This document shows positions 48,518 through 57,054 of a stretch of DNA of 64,000 nucleotides, in pieces. This stretch comes from Candidatus Uhrbacteria bacterium. Its GTDB lineage: Bacteria; Patescibacteriota; Patescibacteriia; UBA9934. The stretch lies in assembly GCA_943354605.1 (NCBI GenBank), contig CALRCK010000001.1:148936-212935 (forward strand). The letters run 5' to 3'. A model generated the notes under the pieces. It was given only the letters and a program-made list of their open reading frames with translations. It made no database searches and was not told the origin of the DNA. A program made the translations under genes and the position numbers. How positions within the stretch are numbered: the first letter of the stretch is position 1; each line of letters starts with the position of its first letter.

Positions 48518-48832
48518 ATTATATCAAAAAATCCGAATTTGAACAATTTTACCCCGCAATTCTGTCGCCAAAAAATCAGGAAGCACGCGAAGCGAATTTT
48601 GCGAAATACTTTCCCCCAAACCCCCAGCATTTCGCAAAATTTCGCTCGCGTTCCGCATTTCTGCACTCCGCCTCCTTTGCCCCCAAAACATTGTGGCGGA
48701 GTGCAGAGCGTTTTCCCGCACTTCTGCTTCAGCAGAAGCACCACGCTTCGCGTGGTGGCGCTTTAGCGCGCGGGAAACACTATGATATTTTATTTTGAAA
48801 ATAGGTTCTAACTTGGTATAGTAAAGGCACCA
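48518..48832 (-). repeat. 315-bp right arm; inverted copy at 45656-45970
   Basis: Reverse-complement match; ORF track gives the same spurious peptides for both copies. Confidence 0.92.
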
Positions 48833-48835
48833 TCG

Positions 48836-48868
48836 AAAACGAAGCCTGACCGGGCTTCGTTTTTGTTT
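48836..48868 (+). terminator. Terminator, probably the displaced tRNA-Leu terminator
   Basis: AAAACGAAGCCT-gacc-GGGCTTCGTTTT-TGTTT directly after the right GCACCA. Confidence 0.75.
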
Positions 48869-48886
48869 GTGATAAAATAACCGTAT

Positions 48887-49120
48887 ATGTTTCAGCGAAT
48901 TCTTATTGGCCTCTTCATTACTGCGATGGGGTGGATGATGGTGTGGAAAACGCGGTGGTTTGAAGACATGCTCGGGCCAGTGGCGTGGGCGGAACAGCAT
49001 TTGGGCACCACAAACTTTTTTTACAAGCTTTTGGGAACCGCGGTGATGATTCTTGGCTTCATCGTAACGTTGAACTTGTTTGATATCATCATTGGCAGTT
49101 TTGTTCGCTCTATTTTCTAA
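48887..49120 (+). CDS. Small membrane protein
   Basis: Two TM helices, G...WAE..LG.T..FYKL.G; TGaTAAAAT upstream. Confidence 0.75.
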   Translation: MFQRILIGLFITAMGWMMVWKTRWFEDMLGPVAWAEQHLGTTNFFYKLLGTAVMILGFIVTLNLFDIIIGSFVRSIF

Positions 49121-49123
49121 TCC

Positions 49124-49669
49124 ATGGCTGGTAGCGCTTTACTCGATGCAAACGTGATCCTTGAGATTGCGAACCTCCGCCCCGGGTATCGTGTGGCGGA
49201 TTTTGGCGCCGGCGGCTCCGGACATTTAGTGTTGCCGGCTGCGCGATTCCTTGCAGACGACGGCGTGGTGTACGCGGTAGATATTCATCCCGAAGCGCTG
49301 TCCATGTTGCGCGGCCATCGATCGCTGCATTCGCTCTTGAATTTGTATCCTGTCCGAGGAGACATCGAACGATTTGGTGGAATTGCCCACATTGAACAGG
49401 GTTCACTTGATCGCATTTTCCTCATCAACACCTTGTGGTCGGCACGTCGCAGGGCATCAATCGTCGCCGAGGCTCGTCGTTTGCTCGCGCCGGAGGGTCA
49501 GATTATCGTTGTGGATTGGGAGCCGCAAACCCGCCATGTGGTAGCACCGAATGTCGCCGATCGCGTTGCGCCGTACGCGGTTGATCGTCTCTTTTCCGAA
49601 GGCGGATGCCAGGAATGCGGCAAGTTCCGCGCAAGCCGCGATCATTGGGGGAGAATTTACAGTCATTAG
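49124..49669 (+). CDS. Class I SAM-dependent methyltransferase
   Basis: VADFGAG.SG, VYAVDI, L.P.G....VDW. Confidence 0.85.
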   Translation: MAGSALLDANVILEIANLRPGYRVADFGAGGSGHLVLPAARFLADDGVVYAVDIHPEALSMLRGHRSLHSLLNLYPVRGDIERFGGIAHIEQGSLDRIFLINTLWSARRRASIVAEARRLLAPEGQIIVVDWEPQTRHVVAPNVADRVAPYAVDRLFSEGGCQECGKFRASRDHWGRIYSH

Positions 49670-49693
49670 CTTTTCGGCTACCATCGTGCCCAT

Positions 49694-50110
49694 ATGAATT
49701 TCCTCTCACCACTTTGGAGCTTGAGCTTTTGGTTCGATTTGACGCCAACACGCATGGCCGCAGCATTCGAAGCAGGCTTCTTCGCCTTCTTCGCTCTGGC
49801 GATTATTGCAGGATCGGTGATTCGTATGATGATCCGCAACGGAAAATACGATCGGTATCGAGCGATTGTGCTGAAGAAGGTCGCGACCCTTTGTTCGCTT
49901 TCTGGCGCAGTCGGATTGGTATGGTTCTTCCTTACGTTTGAAGAGATTCAATTCTTCGGTTCCCGTTTTTGGTTCTTCATTTGGGTTGTTGCCGTTCTCG
50001 CCGGTGTTGTTTCTATTGTGCGTTACGTGAAAACCGAAGTTCCAGCATTGCAGCACCGCGAACAGTCGCGAGCAGATGTGAATAAATATTTGCCGAAACG
50101 AGCCCGGTAA
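49694..50110 (+). CDS. Membrane protein
   Basis: Three TM helices, KYLP C-terminus. Confidence 0.7.
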   Translation: MNFLSPLWSLSFWFDLTPTRMAAAFEAGFFAFFALAIIAGSVIRMMIRNGKYDRYRAIVLKKVATLCSLSGAVGLVWFFLTFEEIQFFGSRFWFFIWVVAVLAGVVSIVRYVKTEVPALQHREQSRADVNKYLPKRAR

Positions 50111-50115
50111 TCGTT

Positions 50116-50466
50116 ATGGTCGATAAGAGGAGGATTTTCGGAAACGCAGCGGAGGCCGACGCCGCTGCGTTTTTGAAATCCAAGAAAATGAAAATCCTCG
50201 AAACGCAGTATCGGAATCGTTTCGGTGAGATCGACGTCATCGCGAAGGACGGAGAGGAATTCGTCATGATCGAAGTGAAAGCCCGCAACAATCACGAATT
50301 CGGCTACCCCGAAGAATCAGTCACCCGATCGAAGCTTCGCAAGATTGCGATCGTCGCCGAACACTTTATGAGTGACCACCCAAAGTCCGAATGGCGCATC
50401 GACGTGATCGCGATTGAATACGATCACGTTCCTCCCCGAATCACGCATATTATCGGGGTGGGGTAG
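50116..50466 (+). CDS. yraN: YraN family putative endonuclease
   Basis: G..AE..A..FL, GEID.IA, EVKAR, E.V...K, RIDVIAI. Confidence 0.9.
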   Translation: MVDKRRIFGNAAEADAAAFLKSKKMKILETQYRNRFGEIDVIAKDGEEFVMIEVKARNNHEFGYPEESVTRSKLRKIAIVAEHFMSDHPKSEWRIDVIAIEYDHVPPRITHIIGVG

Positions 50467-50477
50467 AATTGAGGGAT

Positions 50478-51035
50478 ATGCAAAAGGAGTTCATTCCGCC
50501 GCAGGAAAAGCCCGAAGCGCGTATTGCGACGGTTGCGGACGCGGCGGACATCGCTCGGATTCAGCATGAGTCGTGGCTTGCGACGTATCCGAGTGAGAAG
50601 GCGGGGATCACTCGCGAGGATATTGCGGAACACTTGGGAATCGTTGATGATCGTGCGCAACGATGTGCGAATCGTTTAAACCTCGAGGCGAAAGATATCG
50701 ATTTCATTGGAGCAACGTATGTTCTTGAGATCGGTGGTCGTGTTGTGGGATTTTGTAAGGTGGCTCGTGGAATGCATACAGGACATGTTGATGCGTTGTA
50801 TTTGGATCCGGCATTTGCGCAAAAGGGATTCGGCGGGGAGCTGTTTCAAAAAGGGTTGCAGTGGCTTGGCGACGAGGCGCCGATTGATTTGGAAGTTGCG
50901 AGCTATAACGATCGCGCTATTCACTTTTATGAGCGATTTGGTTTCCGAAAACAGGACAAGGCTAAGCCCCTAGAACTTCTCGGTGGAAAATTTCTCCCAC
51001 TGACACTTATGGTTCGGGATGTTGTGGAGAAATGA
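50478..51035 (+). CDS. GNAT family N-acetyltransferase
   Basis: LY.DP....KG.G..L, N.RAI.FYE.FGF. Confidence 0.88.
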   Translation: MQKEFIPPQEKPEARIATVADAADIARIQHESWLATYPSEKAGITREDIAEHLGIVDDRAQRCANRLNLEAKDIDFIGATYVLEIGGRVVGFCKVARGMHTGHVDALYLDPAFAQKGFGGELFQKGLQWLGDEAPIDLEVASYNDRAIHFYERFGFRKQDKAKPLELLGGKFLPLTLMVRDVVEK

Positions 51036-51101
51036 GATGACGGGGAGGAATATTGTTGGTAGGATAGTCTCAATCCCCACGAATTATTCTTAACGTCATC
51101 T

Positions 51102-51368
51102 ATGCTCAACAAAAATGATATTCAGATCCTTCGTGACATGTTTCGAGAAAATAATGAGGTCTTTGGTTCTCAATTGAAGCGTGAAATGCGAGATGAAATA
51201 CACGCAATCGTGAACGGAGCGGTTTTCGCATCCGAAGAGCGTCTCAGTAAGAAAATCGATACACTTCGTGACGATATTCTCGATCTTGTGAATGAAGAAA
51301 TTCTCCCCCAAATCGATCAATGCCAGCGCGATATCGTTCAGTTAAAGATCGCGACGAATATTGCGTAG
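51102..51368 (+). CDS. Small coiled-coil hypothetical protein
   Basis: 88-aa helical ORF. Confidence 0.65.
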   Translation: MLNKNDIQILRDMFRENNEVFGSQLKREMRDEIHAIVNGAVFASEERLSKKIDTLRDDILDLVNEEILPQIDQCQRDIVQLKIATNIA

Positions 51369-51455
51369 TCGATAGTATCGTGGTACCTTATTTCCATGTT
51401 GAAACCTGGCCGCAATGCCAGGTTTCACTGCTAAAAAACTGAAGAACAATCTTTT

Positions 51456-52679
51456 ATGGCAAGTGCAATCGAGTTAGCAATCCGTCAGATCTGTGACGAA
51501 AAGGGCCTTTCGTATGAGAGTGTGATGACCACGATCGAATCCGCGTTGGCGGCGGCGTATCGCAAGGATTTTGGTGATAAGTATCACAACCTCGAGGCGA
51601 AGTTCGATACTGAAACGGGCCTTGCCCGAATTTTCGACGTGAAAACGGTGGTTGCAGACATCACTCCAGAGGAAATGGAAGAAGTGAAGAAGCTTGAGGC
51701 TGAGGAATCGGCTCGACGCGAAGCGATGAAGGCGCTTGGTGACTTTATGCCACCAACAGAAACGCCGGTGGACGAGATTGCGCCAAAGTTCAACCCAAAG
51801 ACTGACATTATGCTTTCCGATGCACAGCTCATGAAGATGGGCGCAAAGGTGGGCGACGTGTTGCGTACCGAACTTCCACAGGCGGTGGAATTCGGCAGAA
51901 TGGCGGCCATGACGGCAAAGCAAGTTATTACGCAGAAGCTTCGTGAAGCCGAGCGTGAAATCATTTTCAATGAATTTAAGGGCGTTGAGGGCGACGTGAT
52001 TGTCGGAACGGTACAACGTCGTGAAGGCCGCATTATTTTGGTGGACATTGGCCGCACCGCAGGAATTATTAAGCCAGAAGACGCCATGCCGACGGAGCGC
52101 TATCGCTCTGGAGACCGTTTGAAGTTTTACGTCCGCGAAGTGTCGCTCGGTTCACGTGGTGCGCAGATTTTATTGTCTCGGACCAGCGAAGAGCTTGTGA
52201 AAAAGTTGTTCATGGTGGAAATTCCAGAAGTTGCTGAAGGAACCGTCGTCATTAAGGCGATTGCTCGTGAAGCTGGCGCGCGAACGAAGATCGCTGTGGC
52301 ATCCACGGACGCAGGAATCGATCCGATTGGTGCATGTATCGGTCAGCGTGGAAGCCGTATTCAGACGATTACTGGTGAGCTCTCCGGCGAAAAGATCGAC
52401 ATCGTGCAATGGAGCGAGAATCCTCGCGAACTCATTACGCACGCACTGTCTCCAGCAAAGGTGCTCGAAGTGAATCTTGATGAGGCAGAACACGCGGCGA
52501 TTGTCGTCGTTCCAAGCGATCAGTTGTCGCTCGCGATTGGTCGCGGTGGTCAGAACGTGCGTTTGGCTGCAAAGCTGACGGGCTGGAAAGTGAACATTCA
52601 GGAACGTCGGCCAGATGGGGAAGTCGCGCCAGTGGAAAATGTGGAGGCTGTTGCTGAAACTCCAGTAGTCGCAGAGTAA
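51456..52679 (+). CDS. nusA: Transcription termination factor NusA
   Basis: FGR.AA.TAKQV, S1 domain, AREAG.RTK, G.CIG.RG.R, LSLAIG.GGQNVRLA. Confidence 0.97.
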   Translation: MASAIELAIRQICDEKGLSYESVMTTIESALAAAYRKDFGDKYHNLEAKFDTETGLARIFDVKTVVADITPEEMEEVKKLEAEESARREAMKALGDFMPPTETPVDEIAPKFNPKTDIMLSDAQLMKMGAKVGDVLRTELPQAVEFGRMAAMTAKQVITQKLREAEREIIFNEFKGVEGDVIVGTVQRREGRIILVDIGRTAGIIKPEDAMPTERYRSGDRLKFYVREVSLGSRGAQILLSRTSEELVKKLFMVEIPEVAEGTVVIKAIAREAGARTKIAVASTDAGIDPIGACIGQRGSRIQTITGELSGEKIDIVQWSENPRELITHALSPAKVLEVNLDEAEHAAIVVVPSDQLSLAIGRGGQNVRLAAKLTGWKVNIQERRPDGEVAPVENVEAVAETPVVAE

Positions 52680-52680
52680 T

Positions 52681-53403
52681 ATGGCGTCTTTCTTCTTTAC
52701 GATTCTCTACCAGCCGCTCTACAACCTTCTTGTTTTCATCTACGACATCGCGCCATGGGGCGGGCTTGGATTGTCGATTATCGTCATGACCGTGTTGGTA
52801 AAGAGTTTGGTGTTGCCACTCACGTATAAGTCCATGAAGGCGCAGAAGGAGCTGCAAGAGATCCAGCCAAAGATTGCCGAGATTAAGGAAAAGTATAAGG
52901 ACGACAAAGAAACGATGGCGAAGGAGCTCATGAGTGTATACAAGGTGCACAATGTGAACCCATTTGCATCGTGCTTGCCAACCATCGTGCAGTTGTTCGT
53001 GTTCATTGCGCTGTATCGCGCGCTTTCGGCCGGTATTCATACGATCGATCCATCGATTTTGTACGATTTCGTTTCTAATCCTGGAACGATGTCACCAATC
53101 TTCTTGGGTATGGATTTGAGCAAGGTGTCTATCCCGCTCGCGGTGTTGTCGGCGGTATGTCAGTACTTCCAGGCAAAGCAGATGATTACTCGTCGTCCAC
53201 CAGCAGTGGCCCGCGGAACTAGCCCCGCGCTTGATGAAGACATGACCGCAACGATGAACAAGATGATGGTGTACATGTTGCCGGTGATGATGTTGATTTT
53301 GGGTGTAACGACCTTGGTGGGTGGTGCAACACTCTACATTTTTGTGAGCACTGCGTTCACCTACACGATGTACGCCCTGTTCCTGAGTCCGAAGAAGAGC
53401 TAG
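52681..53403 (+). CDS. yidC: Membrane protein insertase YidC/Oxa1
   Basis: GL.II..T.LVK, QP.I..I..KY, NP..SCLP..VQ. Confidence 0.92.
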   Translation: MASFFFTILYQPLYNLLVFIYDIAPWGGLGLSIIVMTVLVKSLVLPLTYKSMKAQKELQEIQPKIAEIKEKYKDDKETMAKELMSVYKVHNVNPFASCLPTIVQLFVFIALYRALSAGIHTIDPSILYDFVSNPGTMSPIFLGMDLSKVSIPLAVLSAVCQYFQAKQMITRRPPAVARGTSPALDEDMTATMNKMMVYMLPVMMLILGVTTLVGGATLYIFVSTAFTYTMYALFLSPKKS

Positions 53404-53428
53404 GGCGGGTAGGGTACAATTCCACAGT

Positions 53429-54445
53429 ATGGCCAAAGGTTTTTCGTGGCGCGTTTTTGGGGTCGTTGCAAGCGGCGTTGTTGGTGTAGGCCTTTTGTAC
53501 GCGCTTCTTGCAAAAGAGGGCTGGGCGAATGTGCTCCAAAACATGAGCACGTTTGGCGCATGGCCGTTCATTGGTCTTGTGGCGATTTCGATGCTGAACT
53601 TTACACTGTATAGCATTCGCTGGACCATCATTCTGCATCGGCAAGTCACAGAAAAGAAACAGAAACTTTCGGTGTGGCGCATGTATTGGCACCGCATGAC
53701 GGGTTACGCGGTTGGGTATTTAACGCCGCTGAACCAAGCGGGCGGTGAGCCGGTTCGTGTAGCGCTGTTGATGGCGGATGGTGTGTCAGGAAAGAGCGCG
53801 GTGGCATCGGCAACGCTCGATATCGCCTTTGAGCTCTGTTCGTATGTGGTGTTCATCGCGCTTGGCGTGATTTTCGCCTTGGTTGAGCATCAGGGTGGCG
53901 CAGGAACGTTGTGGATTATGGCTATTGGGCTGGCGATTGCATTTAGCGTGTTGCTCTCGTTCTTTGCGGCACTTGGCCGAGGAACGCCGATGGCAAAGCC
54001 TCTGTTTCATGTGTTGCGACTGGACCGCGTGAAACGATTCCGTGGTATCGAACATTGGTTAGAGGAAACGGAAGATTTAATGCGCGGTTTTTTTGCGGGT
54101 GGGGGCTGGGTGGTGTTTGGCATTTCGGCATTATCGATGGCGATGGTGGCATTTCGAGTGGTGGAGACCCTCTACATCGCTTGGGGATTCGGTGTAACGT
54201 TGAACTTCGCGCAAGCATTTCTTGCAAGTTCGCTCCCTGGCCTTGCGCTCATTCTTCCGGTGCCGGGTGGACTCGGAATATTTGAGGGTGGGTTTACTGC
54301 CGTATTCGCCGCATTAAACGTACCGATGGACCCTTTGGCATTTGCCTTGATGATTCGTTTGCGCGACGCGGTGTTTATCGCATTTGGCGTATTCCATATG
54401 ATTCGCACCGGTTCTGGTTGGGTGCTGAAAAAGGTGAAGGCATAA
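53429..54445 (+). CDS. Lysylphosphatidylglycerol synthase TM-domain (flippase-like) protein
   Basis: RW..IL, TP...GGEP.R, P.PGGLG..E. Confidence 0.85.
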   Translation: MAKGFSWRVFGVVASGVVGVGLLYALLAKEGWANVLQNMSTFGAWPFIGLVAISMLNFTLYSIRWTIILHRQVTEKKQKLSVWRMYWHRMTGYAVGYLTPLNQAGGEPVRVALLMADGVSGKSAVASATLDIAFELCSYVVFIALGVIFALVEHQGGAGTLWIMAIGLAIAFSVLLSFFAALGRGTPMAKPLFHVLRLDRVKRFRGIEHWLEETEDLMRGFFAGGGWVVFGISALSMAMVAFRVVETLYIAWGFGVTLNFAQAFLASSLPGLALILPVPGGLGIFEGGFTAVFAALNVPMDPLAFALMIRLRDAVFIAFGVFHMIRTGSGWVLKKVKA

Positions 54446-54448
54446 CGT

Positions 54449-55402
54449 ATGCCAACATCCCTCGAGCAATCGTTGTTTCGGACGCTCGCGTACTTTGTCT
54501 ATTTTCAGTTTCCGTTAACGGCGTTCGAGCTTTGGAAATGGTGCGATGCTCCGAGCGTCACACTGTTGGATGTTGAAGAAGCGTTGGCGAATTCCTCCTG
54601 GCTTCGTTCGCGCGGATGCATGGAGGACCAAGGATTCTTTGCGCTTGGCAACGCCGCGGCTTGGCGAACAGAGCGACTATCTCGAGTAACCGACGCGCTT
54701 CGGAAATCCCGACGGGCATCACGGTTTGTAAAATTCGCATCGCGGTTGCCATGGGTGAAGATGGTTGCGGTGTGTAATTCATTGGCGTTTTCCTTTACGA
54801 ATCACGAAAGCGATATTGATTTGTTTGTTGTGACGGGGCGGGGAGCGATTTGGTCTACGCGATTGATTCTTGCGGGTGCTCTCGCGCTGTTGCGTGCGCG
54901 ACCAGGTGAACGCGCAAAAGATCCCCTGTGTTTAAGCTTTTTTGTTGCCGATGATCGGCTGGATTTGTCGTCGGTGAAGATTGGATCAAAAGATCCGTAT
55001 TTCACATTCTGGATTGCGACGTTGGCGCCAGTATTGGATCGCGGGGACATCCTGGCAAAGTTGCGTGGAGCAAATGGTTGGATGCGGCCGGAGATTCCTC
55101 GAGCACTGAGCGTTCGTAGAGCACAAGCCTACGTTGCGCCGGCAGTACGACCGCTTCCGAATGTTGTGAGAGGCGAGCGTATGGCGGAGCGAATGCAGCG
55201 TGCCCGATTCCCGGCGGCACTTCGGACAATGATGAATGCAGACACGCGCGTTGTTGTGAGCGATGGCATGCTAAAATTTCATCATAATGATCGTCGGCAA
55301 GATATTCTTTCGTCGTATGAAGCGCTTCTTTCCCAACTGGACGACGGTGTTCCTGTCCATAACGATCTTTCTTCTCCCGTGGCAAACGCGGTGGATGTAT
55401 AG
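54449..55402 (+). CDS. Nucleotidyltransferase-like conserved protein
   Basis: NSLA......SDIDLFVV motif; N-terminal helical domain. Confidence 0.65.
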   Translation: MPTSLEQSLFRTLAYFVYFQFPLTAFELWKWCDAPSVTLLDVEEALANSSWLRSRGCMEDQGFFALGNAAAWRTERLSRVTDALRKSRRASRFVKFASRLPWVKMVAVCNSLAFSFTNHESDIDLFVVTGRGAIWSTRLILAGALALLRARPGERAKDPLCLSFFVADDRLDLSSVKIGSKDPYFTFWIATLAPVLDRGDILAKLRGANGWMRPEIPRALSVRRAQAYVAPAVRPLPNVVRGERMAERMQRARFPAALRTMMNADTRVVVSDGMLKFHHNDRRQDILSSYEALLSQLDDGVPVHNDLSSPVANAVDV

Positions 55403-56663
55403 CGAGGTTTCGATTGCCGGAGCGCACACGGAGTTTGGAGTGATGAGTGTGTACGCCGTTGAACTTCTTCTTGCTGCGGCGCTTATTGGCGGAAGTATTC
55501 TTGATCGAAAATGGTGGAAGATTGATGAACAGCGTCAGCTTCCGGTTCGTCTTGGTGCGATCGTGGTCGTCGTTGCCGTTCTTGGAACTGCGTTTGCTGA
55601 TCGGTCGGCGTTTTCATTATCGGCGGCAACGCATCTTGGGCTTGCGTATGCGTTGTTTGTTGCGATTCTCATCGACCGTGTCAGCGTAAAACATCTGTTA
55701 TTCGCCTTTGCCGCATCATTGATCGCGCCGCTTGTCCTTGGATGCATTCAAGTATTTGGCGGTTCGTCGTCGGCGAATTCCTGGCTCGGGCTTGCGTATC
55801 GCGATGCTGCTCAGTTGGGCGATGCGGTGTTCACAGTGAACGGCGAGCGCGTACTTCGCGCCTACGGAAGTTTTCCGCATCCGAACGTATTTGGCGGATT
55901 CCTTGGTGTTGGATTGTTCGCGTGGTGGGCCTTTATGGCTCAGGTGAAGTCCCTCCCCCCATTTATGGGGGGAGTTGGAGGGGGGCTTTTTCGTCGAAAG
56001 ATGATGCTTATTACGAGTATCGGCACGGTCGTTTTGATCGTTGGGATGCTTCTCACTGGATCACGTTCGGCGTTCCTTGGGCTGTTCGTGGGCCTTGCAT
56101 TGGTATTTGTCGTCAAATCGATTCCATCAATGAAGGTTGCGCGTCCGGCTGCCGCGATTCTTGGAATTGTCGCAGTCCTTGGCTCGCTTTTCGCGTCGTT
56201 TTATCTGACCGATTTGGCGTCGAGTATTCGTGGCGGGGGAGTGAATGAAGAACGATCACTCACGGAACGCATCGCGCTGTACGAGGATTTTGTTCCGTTT
56301 ATGGCCGCCACGAATCCGGTTATCGGCCACGGTATCGGTTCGTATGTTCTGTCGCTTTCTGATGCCGATCCGGGAAAGAGTGTGTTCGATTATCAGCCGG
56401 TGCATAATGTATTTCTGTTGATTCTTGCTGAACTTGGGCTTCTCGGACTTGCCGCGATGGTGTGTTGGGGTGTGAGTGTTGTGTGGATGAATGTTTCCCG
56501 ATTTCCGCATCGCGACGCGCTGTACGCATTCGGGATGGGTAATGTGGTGTTCATGATTTGTTTCTTCGATCACTACTTGTGGTCGTCGTGGTCTGGTCTT
56601 GCGCTAATCGCCTTTGCGATGGGCATGATGGTGCGATTGGGGGAGGAGAAGGAGTATTCTTAG
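55317..56663 (+). CDS. O-antigen ligase family membrane protein (start uncertain)
   Basis: RAYG.F.HPN..GG, LT.SRSA, G.G.G, PVHN..L...AE.G..G. Confidence 0.88.
   Translation: MKRFFPNWTTVFLSITIFLLPWQTRWMYSEVSIAGAHTEFGVMSVYAVELLLAAALIGGSILDRKWWKIDEQRQLPVRLGAIVVVVAVLGTAFADRSAFSLSAATHLGLAYALFVAILIDRVSVKHLLFAFAASLIAPLVLGCIQVFGGSSSANSWLGLAYRDAAQLGDAVFTVNGERVLRAYGSFPHPNVFGGFLGVGLFAWWAFMAQVKSLPPFMGGVGGGLFRRKMMLITSIGTVVLIVGMLLTGSRSAFLGLFVGLALVFVVKSIPSMKVARPAAAILGIVAVLGSLFASFYLTDLASSIRGGGVNEERSLTERIALYEDFVPFMAATNPVIGHGIGSYVLSLSDADPGKSVFDYQPVHNVFLLILAELGLLGLAAMVCWGVSVVWMNVSRFPHRDALYAFGMGNVVFMICFFDHYLWSSWSGLALIAFAMGMMVRLGEEKEYS
55951..55986 (+). repeat. In-frame palindromic insertion in the O-antigen ligase gene
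   Basis: CCCTCCCCCCATTTATGGGGGGAGTTGGAGGGGGGC. Confidence 0.85.
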
Positions 56664-56697
56664 CACTCTTGACCCATGACTGCTAATTTCGTATCAT
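56660..56697 (+). promoter_or_regulatory. CIRCE (HrcA operator) overlapping the groES promoter
   Basis: TTAGCACTC-N9-GACTGCTAA (one mismatch to consensus); TTGACC in the spacer, 17 nt, TATCAT. Confidence 0.88.
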
Positions 56698-56726
56698 TGA
56701 GCCGTAAGAATTTCACATTTTTCTCT

Positions 56727-57014
56727 ATGAAACTTCGCCCACTTGGAGGTCATATTATTGTTGAGCCACAGGAAAGAGAAACAAAAACGGCTTCGGGAAT
56801 TTACCTTCCGGACGCGGGTGAAAAGCGCCAGGGGCAGGGAATTGTCGTGGCCGTTGGTCCAGGAAAGATTGAGAAAGGTGAGCGGCAAGCTGTCGAGGTG
56901 AAGGTTGGAGATGCTGTCGTCTTTAAGCAATACGCCCCAGACGAAGTGAAGCTGGAAAATAAAACATTCTTGATCGTTTCCGTAGACGACGTAACCGCGG
57001 TGATCGAGGCATAG
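56727..57014 (+). CDS. groES: Co-chaperonin GroES
   Basis: L.PLG, T.SGI.LP, G.VVAVGPG, VKVGD.V. Confidence 0.96.
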   Translation: MKLRPLGGHIIVEPQERETKTASGIYLPDAGEKRQGQGIVVAVGPGKIEKGERQAVEVKVGDAVVFKQYAPDEVKLENKTFLIVSVDDVTAVIEA

Positions 57015-57054
57015 CGTTGCTACTGCCCACTTCCTACTTACTATTGCCTAATAT

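Larger units (their letters stand above)
43910..48832. mobile_element. AT-rich integrative element with a large serine recombinase at the 3' end of tRNA-Leu
   Basis: Direct repeat GCACCA at 43910-43915 and 48827-48832, abrupt composition shift, terminator hairpin immediately after the right end. Confidence 0.88.
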
